Positions 44,779 through 53,234 of a stretch of DNA of 64,000 nucleotides are shown here, in pieces. The notes under the pieces are model-generated. The model searched no databases. It had not been told where the DNA came from and saw only the letters and a list, made by a program, of their open reading frames with translations. Location of the stretch: NCBI GenBank assembly GCA_036406615.1, contig DASXAQ010000103.1, positions 71,202-135,201 of the forward strand, read 5' to 3'. Position 1 is the stretch's first letter, and each line of letters begins with the position of its first letter. The stretch comes from Actinomycetota bacterium (GTDB lineage Bacteria > Actinomycetota > UBA4738). A program made the translations under genes and the position numbers.

Positions 44779-45611
44779 GTTCCTTCGCCTACGCGCCACA
44801 CGGCCTTCGTGAACGCCTCGCGCAGGCCGGCGCGTTGCAGGTTGCGGTGGCTGGACGACGCGAACTCGGCGTTGGCGGTGACCAGCTCGCACCCGGCTGC
44901 GGCCGCGTCGGCGACTCGCCGGTGGATGAGCGCCGTCTGGCACCCGCGTCCTCGGAACGCGGGTCGGGTCGCGGCGGCCGCGAGCAGGCCGACGCCGTCG
45001 ACGACGGCCAGCACCGCGGCCGCCGCGGCCCGTCCATCGATGCGTGCCAGGTAGCAGCGCCACGGTTCGACGGACGCCCAGGGCGCATGATCCCGGCGCG
45101 CTTCGTCGAGGGCTTTTGCCGGCAGCTCCAACCCCTCCAGGAGGGTGTCGACGAACGCCTCGAACGCATTGCCCGGTCCCACCTCTTCGACGCGAGCGTC
45201 GGCGGCGGGGTTCGGGAGCGTTTCCGGCGCGGGGAGCCCGTAGAGCACGGAGTGGAACCCGATCTGGGCGGCCCCGCCGGCGGTCAGCGCAGACGCGAGG
45301 CGCTCGAACCCGTCGCCAGGCGCGAGTTCGAACCACGGCCGGACGCCGAGCCCTCGGTAGAACGCCAGGATGTCCTCGAGCCGTCCGGCATCGCGGGGGA
45401 ACAGCCGCATCACGCGGTTCATGAAGTCCAGGTCCGGTTCGGCGCGCGAGGCCGGCGCGATCGCGTCGCCGAACCGCTCGATGCGAAGCCCGCGCGGGTT
45501 CCCGGCCCGGCCCGCGACGCCTTCCAGCCATCGCAGCGTGAAGTCCGTGGCCGCCCCGTCGAGGCGCCGCAGCAGGTCCTCGGTCACCGGCGGCAGGGCG
45601 CGAACGGGCAT
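44775..45611 (-). CDS. GNAT-family acetyltransferase with N-terminal extension
   Basis: C-terminal GNAT motif (AFRGRGCQTALIHRR). 278 aa. Confidence 0.55.
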   Translation of the reverse strand: MPVRALPPVTEDLLRRLDGAATDFTLRWLEGVAGRAGNPRGLRIERFGDAIAPASRAEPDLDFMNRVMRLFPRDAGRLEDILAFYRGLGVRPWFELAPGDGFERLASALTAGGAAQIGFHSVLYGLPAPETLPNPAADARVEEVGPGNAFEAFVDTLLEGLELPAKALDEARRDHAPWASVEPWRCYLARIDGRAAAAAVLAVVDGVGLLAAAATRPAFRGRGCQTALIHRRVADAAAAGCELVTANAEFASSSHRNLQRAGLREAFTKAVWRVGEGT

Positions 45612-45680
45612 GGCCGCCCGAGCCTATCGCGGCGCCTCGGCCGGCTTGCGCCGGGGCCGGCGCCCGGCTTTACTGCGGGC

Positions 45681-46202
45681 ATGAGCGGCCACACCATGGG
45701 CGACCTCGCGGAGGTCCTGGACAACCTGGGCGTGTTTCGAACCGAACCCGGCGACCTGCTCGAGCTGTGCCCGTCCGGGTTTCGGCGCGTGCCCATCGCC
45801 ACGGGTTCGGACTTCTACCTCTCGCTGCAGGGGTTCGCCCCGGGCCAGCCCGCCTTCGCGCACACCCACCCCGACTCGGAGGAGTGGGTCGTGGTGCTGC
45901 GCGGCTCGGGCGTGGCGCTGTTCGGCGGCCGGCCGACGCCGCTGTCCACCGGGGTGGTCGTGGGACGCGGCGCGCACCACCCGCACGGGTTCGTGGCAGG
46001 CGACGAGCCGATGATCCTGCTGTCGGCCCAGCTGCCGCGCCCCGCCGAGGGGGCCACGACGTGGGACGACCCCGGCGGGACCACCGAGCCGATCGCGTGC
46101 GGAACCGGAGGACCGTGCCGGCGATGTCCGAGGTGCGGCGGCCACAGCGCCCCCGCGCCGGGCGCGGCCTTCCGCTGCGAGAACTGCAGCAACGCGTTCT
46201 GA
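45681..46202 (+). CDS. Cupin-domain protein with C-terminal Cys6 zinc-ribbon-like tail
   Basis: Cupin metal motifs HTHPDSEEW and HHPHG. C-terminal CGTGGPCRRCPRCGG...FRCENC. 173 aa. Confidence 0.55.
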   Translation: MSGHTMGDLAEVLDNLGVFRTEPGDLLELCPSGFRRVPIATGSDFYLSLQGFAPGQPAFAHTHPDSEEWVVVLRGSGVALFGGRPTPLSTGVVVGRGAHHPHGFVAGDEPMILLSAQLPRPAEGATTWDDPGGTTEPIACGTGGPCRRCPRCGGHSAPAPGAAFRCENCSNAF

Positions 46203-46203
46203 C

Positions 46204-47793
46204 TCAGGCCAGCGACACCAGATCCAGGTAGTCCTCGCTCCAGTAGTCCGTCGTGCCGTCCGGCATCAGCAGGACGCGGTCGGGCTCCAGCGCGCTCACG
46301 AACTCCTCGTCGTGGCTCACGATGACCATCGAGCCCGGCCACGACGTCAGGGCGGTCGCGATGGCCTCGCGCGAGGGCGGGTCCAGGTTGTTCGTCGGCT
46401 CGTCCAGCAGCAGCAGGTTGTGGCGTCCCGCCACGAGCTGCGCCAGCGCGAGCTTCGTCTTCTCGCCGCCGGACAGGGTGCCGGCGTCCTGGAACGCCCG
46501 TTCGCCGGTCAGGCCGAACATCCCCGTGAGCGCGCGCAGGTCCTGATCGGGCGCGGCCGACATCGCGCGCATGTGCGACAGCACGTCGACGCCCGGCGTG
46601 ATCCCTTCGTGCTCCTGCGCGTAATAGCCGGCCGACACGCCGGTGCCGAACCGGAACGTCCCCTGGTCCGGTTCGCTCTGCCCGGCCAGGATGCGCAGCA
46701 GCGACGTCTTGCCCGCGCCGTTGAGTCCCATGATCAGCAGCCGCTCGCCGCGCACCAGGTCGAACGCGACGTCCTCGAACACGAGCGGGCCGCCGTAGCC
46801 CTTGGCCATGCCCGCGACCTCCAGCGTCAGCTTGCCGCAGTGGGGCGGGTCGGGAAACCGGAACCGAACGCGCCGCTGTCGTTTCGGCGCCGCCACCGCC
46901 ACGGCGCGCAGGCGCGAGACGCGGGAGTCGAGGGTCTTGGCCTTGCGCGCGCGCTTCTCGGTCGAGTGCCGCATCGAATCCGCGAGCGAGGACAGCCGGC
47001 CGATCTCGGCCTGCTGGCGCTCGGCCAGTTTCGCCAGCCGGATCTCGTCGGCGAGCCGCGCGGCCCGGTACTGCGAGTACGTGCCCTTGTATTCGACCAG
47101 CCCGTCGTCGTCCAGGTGCAGGACGCGCGTGATCGCCTTGTCCAGCAGGATCAGGTCGTGGCTGACGACCAGCACGGCGCCGCGGCTGGTCGCGAGGAAC
47201 CGCATCAGCCACACCTTCGCGTCCACGTCCAGGTGGTTGGTCGGCTCGTCGAGCAGCAGGGTGTCGCTGCCGGCGAACAGGATCCGGGCGAGCTCCAGCC
47301 GGCGGCGCTCGCCACCCGACAGCACCTTCACCGGCCGGTCCATGCGGTCCGCGGCGATGCCCAGTCCGGCCGCGATGCGTCGCGCCTCGGACTCCGCCGA
47401 GTAGCCGCCGGCCGAGCGGAACTCCTCCTCGGCGCGGGAGAACTTCGCGACGTTGCGCTCCGAGGGGTCCTCCTCCAGCCGCAGCCGGAGTTTCTCGAGC
47501 CGGACGGTCGCCGCGTCCAGGTCGCGGCCGGACAGCACGTGCGCGAGCGCCGTCAGCCCGGGGTCGAGGTGGCGCAGCCCGGGGTCCTGCGGCAGGTAGC
47601 CGAGCGAGCCGCGCCGGACGACGCGCCCGCCCGCCGCCGGTGCCTGGCCGGCGACGATCTTCAGCAGGCTCGTCTTGCCCGCTCCGTTGCGACCGACCAG
47701 CCCGACCTTGTCGCCGGTGCGCAGCTGGAACGAGGCGCCGGACAGGATGACCCGGCCGCCCGCCTCCACGGAGAGATCGTCGACGTGCAACAT
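46204..47793 (-). CDS. ABC-F family ATPase (tandem ABC domains, no TMD; translation-factor/ARE type)
   Basis: Two Walker A sites (GRNGAGKTS, GLNGAGKTS), two LSGGE signatures and a charged interdomain linker. 529 aa. Confidence 0.85.
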   Translation of the reverse strand: MLHVDDLSVEAGGRVILSGASFQLRTGDKVGLVGRNGAGKTSLLKIVAGQAPAAGGRVVRRGSLGYLPQDPGLRHLDPGLTALAHVLSGRDLDAATVRLEKLRLRLEEDPSERNVAKFSRAEEEFRSAGGYSAESEARRIAAGLGIAADRMDRPVKVLSGGERRRLELARILFAGSDTLLLDEPTNHLDVDAKVWLMRFLATSRGAVLVVSHDLILLDKAITRVLHLDDDGLVEYKGTYSQYRAARLADEIRLAKLAERQQAEIGRLSSLADSMRHSTEKRARKAKTLDSRVSRLRAVAVAAPKRQRRVRFRFPDPPHCGKLTLEVAGMAKGYGGPLVFEDVAFDLVRGERLLIMGLNGAGKTSLLRILAGQSEPDQGTFRFGTGVSAGYYAQEHEGITPGVDVLSHMRAMSAAPDQDLRALTGMFGLTGERAFQDAGTLSGGEKTKLALAQLVAGRHNLLLLDEPTNNLDPPSREAIATALTSWPGSMVIVSHDEEFVSALEPDRVLLMPDGTTDYWSEDYLDLVSLA

Positions 47794-47803
47794 GCCGCCG
47801 ACA

Positions 47804-48880
47804 TTATGACGTCGTGAGGGCCACGGCCCGGCTCGCCAGGTTCGGCACGCCGGTTCGCAGCGTCTCGAAGAACGGGTCGTCGGTGTGGCCGGCCAGGTGT
47901 CGCGCGTAGCTGCCTTCCAACAGGATCGCGAGCTTGAACAGGGCCAGTACGCGGTAGAAACGGAGGCCGGCCATGGTCACCGAGCGGCCGGACCGCTCGG
48001 CGTACCGAGACAGGAGATCCTCTCGCGCGGCGAAGCCCGGCAGTCGCGATGGCGCGGTCGCATCGTGGGCGAACGTCGCCGGCTCGTCCGCGGCGGGCCA
48101 GAACGAGAGCATCCATCCCACGTCGGCCAGGGGATCGCCGATCGTGGCCATCTCCCAGTCGAAGATCGCGGCCAACGCAGGAGGCGCGCCGCGCCCCAGC
48201 CCGGGATCGAACGCCACGTTGTCCAGCTTGTAGTCCCCGTGGACGAGCGTCGCCGGACCCGAGGCGGGCAGGTTGGCGCGAAGCCATTCGCCGGCCGCCC
48301 GCAGGTCGGGGAGCGGGCGCGTCAGCGGCTCGGTCAGGTCCAGCTGTCCGCCCCAGCGCCGGAGCTGGCGCTCGAGGTAGCCGGTCTCCCGGCCGAACCC
48401 CTCGAGTCCCGCCGCCCGAGGGCCGATCGCGTGCACCTCGGCGAGCGCGTCGACCAGCTCCTCGCCGACGGCGCGCCGCGCAGCATCCGTCAGCGACGGC
48501 ACCGGCGGCCCCAAGTCCCGCATCACGACGCCGCGGACGCGCTCCATCAGATAGAAGGGGACGCCGATCACCGACGGGTCTGAGCACGCCGCGACCGGTC
48601 GCGGCGCGCGGACGGGCGTGTCCGCGATCGCCGACAGCACGCGGTGCTCGCGCAGCACGTCGTGTGCCGTCGGGAGAAACGCCCCGCGCGGGGGACGGCG
48701 GAGCACCCACGACTGCTCGCCGCGGCGGACGAAGAACGTCTCGTTGGAATGTCCCTGGGTGTGTCGCTCGACCTCCAGGGGCTCGTCCGCGGGTCCGAAG
48801 CGATCGTCGATCCAGCGCGCGAGCGCCCGGCGGTCGACCAGCGGCTCGCCGTTCGAAGCTGCCGGTGCGCCGGAGCCCAC
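47804..48880 (-). CDS. Phosphotransferase (APH-like kinase fold), ACAD-associated type
   Basis: HGDYKLDN catalytic loop and a DWE motif. The GTG start is 5 nt after the ACAD stop, with no SD. 358 aa. Confidence 0.7.
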   Translation of the reverse strand: MGSGAPAASNGEPLVDRRALARWIDDRFGPADEPLEVERHTQGHSNETFFVRRGEQSWVLRRPPRGAFLPTAHDVLREHRVLSAIADTPVRAPRPVAACSDPSVIGVPFYLMERVRGVVMRDLGPPVPSLTDAARRAVGEELVDALAEVHAIGPRAAGLEGFGRETGYLERQLRRWGGQLDLTEPLTRPLPDLRAAGEWLRANLPASGPATLVHGDYKLDNVAFDPGLGRGAPPALAAIFDWEMATIGDPLADVGWMLSFWPAADEPATFAHDATAPSRLPGFAAREDLLSRYAERSGRSVTMAGLRFYRVLALFKLAILLEGSYARHLAGHTDDPFFETLRTGVPNLASRAVALTTS

Positions 48881-48885
48881 GTGCG

Positions 48886-50100
48886 CTACCCGAGGCCGCC
48901 GGCTCCGGACGCGGTGGTGCCGGTCTCGGCCATCGCCTTCACGAGCGACCGGGCGATCACCATGCGGTGGACCTCCGACGGCCCGTCGTAGATGCGCGCC
49001 GCGCGGGCGTCGCGGTAGTAGCGCTCCAGCGGGAGGTCCGCCGAGTACCCGAGCGCTCCGCACACCTGCACCGCGCGGTCCACGACCCGGCCGAGCATCT
49101 CGGCCGCGGCCACCTTCACCATCGACACCTCGCGGCGCGCGTCGAGCCCCGATTCCAGCTTCCACGCGGCGTGCAGCACCATGAGCCGGGCGGCGTGCAG
49201 CTCGATGGCCGAGTCCGCGAGGGGGAACGACGCGCCCTGGTGCTCGTTCAGTCGGCGGCCGAAGTCCTCGCGCGCCCCGGCGCGTTCGACCGCAATGTCG
49301 AGCGCCCGCTGCGCGACGCCGATCCAGCGCATGGCGTGGGCCAGCCGCGCCGGACCCAGCCGGGCCTGCGCGAGCGCCAGGCCTTCGCCGGGGCTGCCGA
49401 TCACGGACTCCGGGCCCGCCCGGCAGTCCTCGAGCAGGATCTCGCAGTGGCCGCCCGGCGCGTCGGCGCCCATGACCGGGATCTCGCGCGTCACCTTCCA
49501 GCCGGGGTTGTCGCCGTCGACCAGGAACAGCGTGTGCCGCTGCCGCGGGTGCCGGCTGGTGTCCTCTTCGGTCTTGGCCAGCACCATCGCGAACGCGGCG
49601 CCGCGTGCGCCGGTGATGAACCACTTCTCTCCGTCGATCCGCCACCCGTCGCCGTCGCGCACGGCGGTCGTGCGCAGCTGCGTCGGGTCGGACGAACCCA
49701 CCACGCGCTCCGTCATGGCGAAGCACGACCGAGCCCGGCCCTCCGCCAGGGGACGAAGGTAGCGCTCTCGCTGGGCGGGCGAGCCCGCGGTGAGCAGCAG
49801 GTGCATGTTGCCCTCGTCCGGCGCCATGCAGTTCAGCGCCAGCGACGCCATGGCGGACGGCCCCAGCTCCTGCGAGACCATCGCCATGCCGAGCGGCCCC
49901 AGGCCAAGCCCGCCCCACTCCGGCGGCAGATGAGGGTTCCACAGCCCGGCCCCGCGGGCGCGCTCGCGCAGGCTGCTGAGCGTCGACTCGAACCCCTCCG
50001 GGACGGCGGTCGCCTCCGCCGGCAGGACCTCGTCGGAGACGAAGGCGCGAACCCGTGCGCACAGGTCCTGCAGGTCGGCGGGAATCGAGAAGTCAACCAC
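48886..50100 (-). CDS. Acyl-CoA dehydrogenase
   Basis: ACAD N/middle/C-terminal domains (CFAMTERVVGSSDPT, YDGPSEVHR). 404 aa. Confidence 0.85.
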   Translation of the reverse strand: MVDFSIPADLQDLCARVRAFVSDEVLPAEATAVPEGFESTLSSLRERARGAGLWNPHLPPEWGGLGLGPLGMAMVSQELGPSAMASLALNCMAPDEGNMHLLLTAGSPAQRERYLRPLAEGRARSCFAMTERVVGSSDPTQLRTTAVRDGDGWRIDGEKWFITGARGAAFAMVLAKTEEDTSRHPRQRHTLFLVDGDNPGWKVTREIPVMGADAPGGHCEILLEDCRAGPESVIGSPGEGLALAQARLGPARLAHAMRWIGVAQRALDIAVERAGAREDFGRRLNEHQGASFPLADSAIELHAARLMVLHAAWKLESGLDARREVSMVKVAAAEMLGRVVDRAVQVCGALGYSADLPLERYYRDARAARIYDGPSEVHRMVIARSLVKAMAETGTTASGAGGLG

Positions 50101-50117
50101 GGTCGACTATTTGACCG

Positions 50118-50588
50118 CTACGGGCGGGGCGGTGGCGAATCGCCCTCCTGCACCAGTTCGACCAGCACGCCGCGGAATCCCTTTGGATGGACGAACGCGA
50201 CGAGCGTTCCGCGCGAGCCTGGACGGGGGGCGTCGTCGATCAGCGGGACGTCCTGCGCGCGCAGCGACGCCAGCGCGGCGGCCACGTCCTCCACGCGGTA
50301 CGCGAGGTGGTGCACGCCCTCGCCCCGCCGCTCCAGGAACCGGCCCACCGGCGTCTCGGGGCCGAGCGCGCCGAGCAATTGGACGTACGACTCGCCGACG
50401 GCGAACAACACCTCCTCGACCCCCTGATCCTCGACGCGCTCTCGGTGGGCCGGCTGCAGCCCGAACGCCGACGCGTACATGGCGACCGCGGCTTCGAGGT
50501 CGGCGACGGCGATCCCGACGTGGTCGATCGCGCCGGCAAGCGGGGGAAGGGCTTCGTTCGCGCTCGACGATTGCGTGGGTTCGGTCAC
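50118..50588 (-). CDS. Methylmalonyl-CoA epimerase (VOC/glyoxalase family)
   Basis: IDHVGIAVADLE and HHLAYRVEDV tandem VOC modules. 156 aa. GTG at 50588 overlaps the XRE gene stop (GTGA). Confidence 0.75.
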   Translation of the reverse strand: MTEPTQSSSANEALPPLAGAIDHVGIAVADLEAAVAMYASAFGLQPAHRERVEDQGVEEVLFAVGESYVQLLGALGPETPVGRFLERRGEGVHHLAYRVEDVAAALASLRAQDVPLIDDAPRPGSRGTLVAFVHPKGFRGVLVELVQEGDSPPPRP

Positions 50589-50962
50589 GCGCGGCGGCGC
50601 CGCTTGCGGCCCGCAGCCGGCGGCGGCTGCAGCCGGTTGATGAGATCCATCGCCTCGGGCAGGTGATAGGCGGGGGAGGACAGGGCAGACAGCATCGCCG
50701 CCACGCCCTGGTACTTGATGTCCGGTGGCGTGTTCGGCGTGTCGATCGCGTAGAACTCGACCAGCTCCATGAACTGGCGAAGCGACGGGACCAGCCCGCC
50801 GCGCTCGTACGCGTAGATCGTCTGCTGGGCGGCGGGGCACCCGGCGACGGCGGCGGCGTCCTTCACGGCCCGATAGCCGGCGGTGCGCCGCAGCCCCCGC
50901 AGCAGCCCGCCGATGTGCTTGGCGGTGTCGGCGCCGACCGGCTCCTGCTTCTTTCGCGGCAA
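50585..50962 (-). CDS. XRE-family helix-turn-helix transcriptional regulator
   Basis: HTH_XRE-like core (TAGYRAVKDAAAVAGCPAAQQTIYAYERGGLVPSLRQFMELVEFY). TTG start preceded by SD GGGAGGG. Basic C-terminal tail. Confidence 0.6.
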   Translation of the reverse strand: MPRKKQEPVGADTAKHIGGLLRGLRRTAGYRAVKDAAAVAGCPAAQQTIYAYERGGLVPSLRQFMELVEFYAIDTPNTPPDIKYQGVAAMLSALSSPAYHLPEAMDLINRLQPPPAAGRKRRRRA

Positions 50963-51231
50963 CGAAAACGTCCCTCCCGGCAGGCCGGAACGTGCCCGCG
51001 GCCCGCGCGGCTACCTTAGAACCTGCGTTTCCGGCTTGTCATGCTCGCGAGGATTCGCCACCTCCTCGCAACGAATCGGGTTACGACCAAAGGACGCCGC
51101 CGCTACACCCTTCGCCCGATACCGGCTCGGAACGGGTGAGCGTACGATGGCCACACGCCGGAACCCGGACCTCGAAAACGCCCGGGAAGTCCGAATCGCA
51201 CCGTCACCGACACGAGCGACGAGGGAGCGAC

Positions 51232-53103
51232 ATGGCCGAGCAGAGCGTGCAGGACCCGCACGACACGGGGGTGCCGATCCAGTCGAGCCTGGCTCGCGAC
51301 GGCAAGCAGGACGTGGGCAGGATCCAGGACCGGAGCCGACGGCGACGGCTGTGGAAGGCGCTGCTCGTGATCGCCGTGCTGGACATCTACGTGGCCATCC
51401 GCGTGTGGCACGGCCAGTCCCCGGTGCCGCGGCTGCCCGATGGTTGGGGCTACTACGCCTTCTTCATCGTGTACTTCGCGGTGCTGCTGCTCGTGGGCCT
51501 GGCGATGACGCTGCCGTTCCTCATCTCGGCGCGGTCGCCGGCGCGCATGGTCCGGCCGGAGGAGATCGAGATCGGCCTGAAGCAGGTCGTCGGGCTCGAC
51601 GGCCAGGTGGACGAGGTCATGCGGACGCTCGACGTCTTTCTCGCGTATCGCACGTTCCGGGGGCTTGGCGGCAATCCGCGCCGCGGCGTGCTGTTCGAGG
51701 GGCCTCCGGGCACGGGCAAGACGTTCCTGGCCAAGGCGATGGCGAAGCAGGCAGGGGTGCCGTTCCTGTTCGCCTCCGCGACGCAGTTCCAGACGATGTT
51801 CTTCGGCATGACGGCGTTTCGCATCCGCCGCTACTTCAAGAAGCTGCGCAAGGCGGCCATCCGAGAGGGCGGGGCGATCGGATTCATCGAGGAGATCGAC
51901 GCGATCGCCCAGAACCGCGGCGGCGTCGACACGATGTCGCCGGCGTCGGGCAACGGTCGTTCGATCTCCCGGTTCATGGGGACGGAAAGCAGCGGCTTCG
52001 TCAACGAACTGCTGGTGCAGATGCAGTCGTTCGACGAGCCGTCGCGGACGAATCGGATCCTGAGCTGGCTCGGCGACCGGCTGAACGGCATGCTCCCGCC
52101 GGATTGGCGGATCAAGGCCGGCGGCCCCGTGTACCACAACGTCCTGGTGATCGCCGCGACGAACCGCGCCTCGTCCCTCGACCCGGCGCTGTTGCGGCCC
52201 GGCCGCTTCGACCGCCGCCTGTACTTCGACTTCCCGACGAAGCGCGCGCGGCGCGAACTGGTCGACTTCTTCCTGAACCGCAAGGCGCACGCGCCCGACC
52301 TCGACGACGACACGGCGCGAGAGCGCCTGGCCTTCGAGCTGCTCGGCTACACGCCGGCCATGCTCGAGCGGCTGTTCGACGAGGCCCTGGTGGTGGCCGT
52401 GCGCGACGGGCGCACCACGATGGAACTGAAGGACGTCTACGACGCGCGCCTGACGCAGGAGCTGGGGCTGAAGTCTCCGGTCACCTACACCGACCACGAG
52501 CGCACGGTGATCGCGACCCACGAGGCCGGACACGCCACGGCCGCCTACCTGCTCGGTACCACTGAGCGCATGGAGGTCCTGTCGATCATCAAGCGCCGCG
52601 AGGCCCTGGGACTGCTCGCGCGATCCGACACGCAGGAGCGCTTCACGAAGTCCCGCTCGGAGCTCGAGGGGTCCATCGCGATCGCGCTCGGTGGCATGGC
52701 CGCGGAGGAGATCTACTTCGGCGAGAGCACGACCGGCCCCGGAGGCGACTTGGGCCAGGCGACCGCGACGGCCACGACCATGGTGGGCGCGCTCGGCATG
52801 GGGAGCTCGCTGCTGTCGTTCACCGCGGTGGACGACGGCCCGGTCTCGGCGACGAACCTGGTCGGCAAGGTGATGGGGGATGCGGACGCCAAGCGCGAGG
52901 CGCAGGCGATCATGACCGCACAGAAGGAGCGCGTGCTCGAGGTGCTCGGGCACAACCGCGACATCCTGGAAGCGCTGCGCGATGCGCTGATCGAGCGCGA
53001 CGAGCTGGTGGGCGACGAGATCACGTCGGTGATCAACGCGACGCTCGACCGCCGCAAGATCGTCGTGCTGCCCGAGGCCGACCCGGCGGAGACGGACCGC
53101 TAG
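51232..53103 (+). CDS. FtsH-like membrane AAA+ ATPase / M41 zinc metalloprotease paralog (short extracytoplasmic loop, AAA insertion)
   Basis: Two TM helices separated by about 15 aa. Walker A GPPGTGKT, Walker B FIEEIDA, a roughly 40-aa insert before VIAATNR, and the zinc site HEAGHA. SD GAGGGAG at 51221-51227. ATG at codon 81 of the track ORF. Confidence 0.8.
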   Translation: MAEQSVQDPHDTGVPIQSSLARDGKQDVGRIQDRSRRRRLWKALLVIAVLDIYVAIRVWHGQSPVPRLPDGWGYYAFFIVYFAVLLLVGLAMTLPFLISARSPARMVRPEEIEIGLKQVVGLDGQVDEVMRTLDVFLAYRTFRGLGGNPRRGVLFEGPPGTGKTFLAKAMAKQAGVPFLFASATQFQTMFFGMTAFRIRRYFKKLRKAAIREGGAIGFIEEIDAIAQNRGGVDTMSPASGNGRSISRFMGTESSGFVNELLVQMQSFDEPSRTNRILSWLGDRLNGMLPPDWRIKAGGPVYHNVLVIAATNRASSLDPALLRPGRFDRRLYFDFPTKRARRELVDFFLNRKAHAPDLDDDTARERLAFELLGYTPAMLERLFDEALVVAVRDGRTTMELKDVYDARLTQELGLKSPVTYTDHERTVIATHEAGHATAAYLLGTTERMEVLSIIKRREALGLLARSDTQERFTKSRSELEGSIAIALGGMAAEEIYFGESTTGPGGDLGQATATATTMVGALGMGSSLLSFTAVDDGPVSATNLVGKVMGDADAKREAQAIMTAQKERVLEVLGHNRDILEALRDALIERDELVGDEITSVINATLDRRKIVVLPEADPAETDR

Positions 53104-53234
53104 GGAGCCAGCTCGAACGGCGGGGCGATCGCAAGGTTCGTCACCTTCCGCTTGGAGCCATCGGCGCGTTCTCGATCACCGGCGAACTCGAGGCCGGGCC
53201 TAGAATGGCCGGAAAGACCCTCCGGGAGACGCGA

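Noticed and set aside
46204-48880. APH-like kinase + ABC-F read as a macrolide phosphotransferase / Msr-type antibiotic resistance pair
   Set aside because: The kinase catalytic loop HGDYKLDN and its coupling to an ACAD match the ACAD10/11-associated phosphotransferase family rather than Mph. The ABC-F protein has no obvious ARE-specific linker features I can verify by eye.
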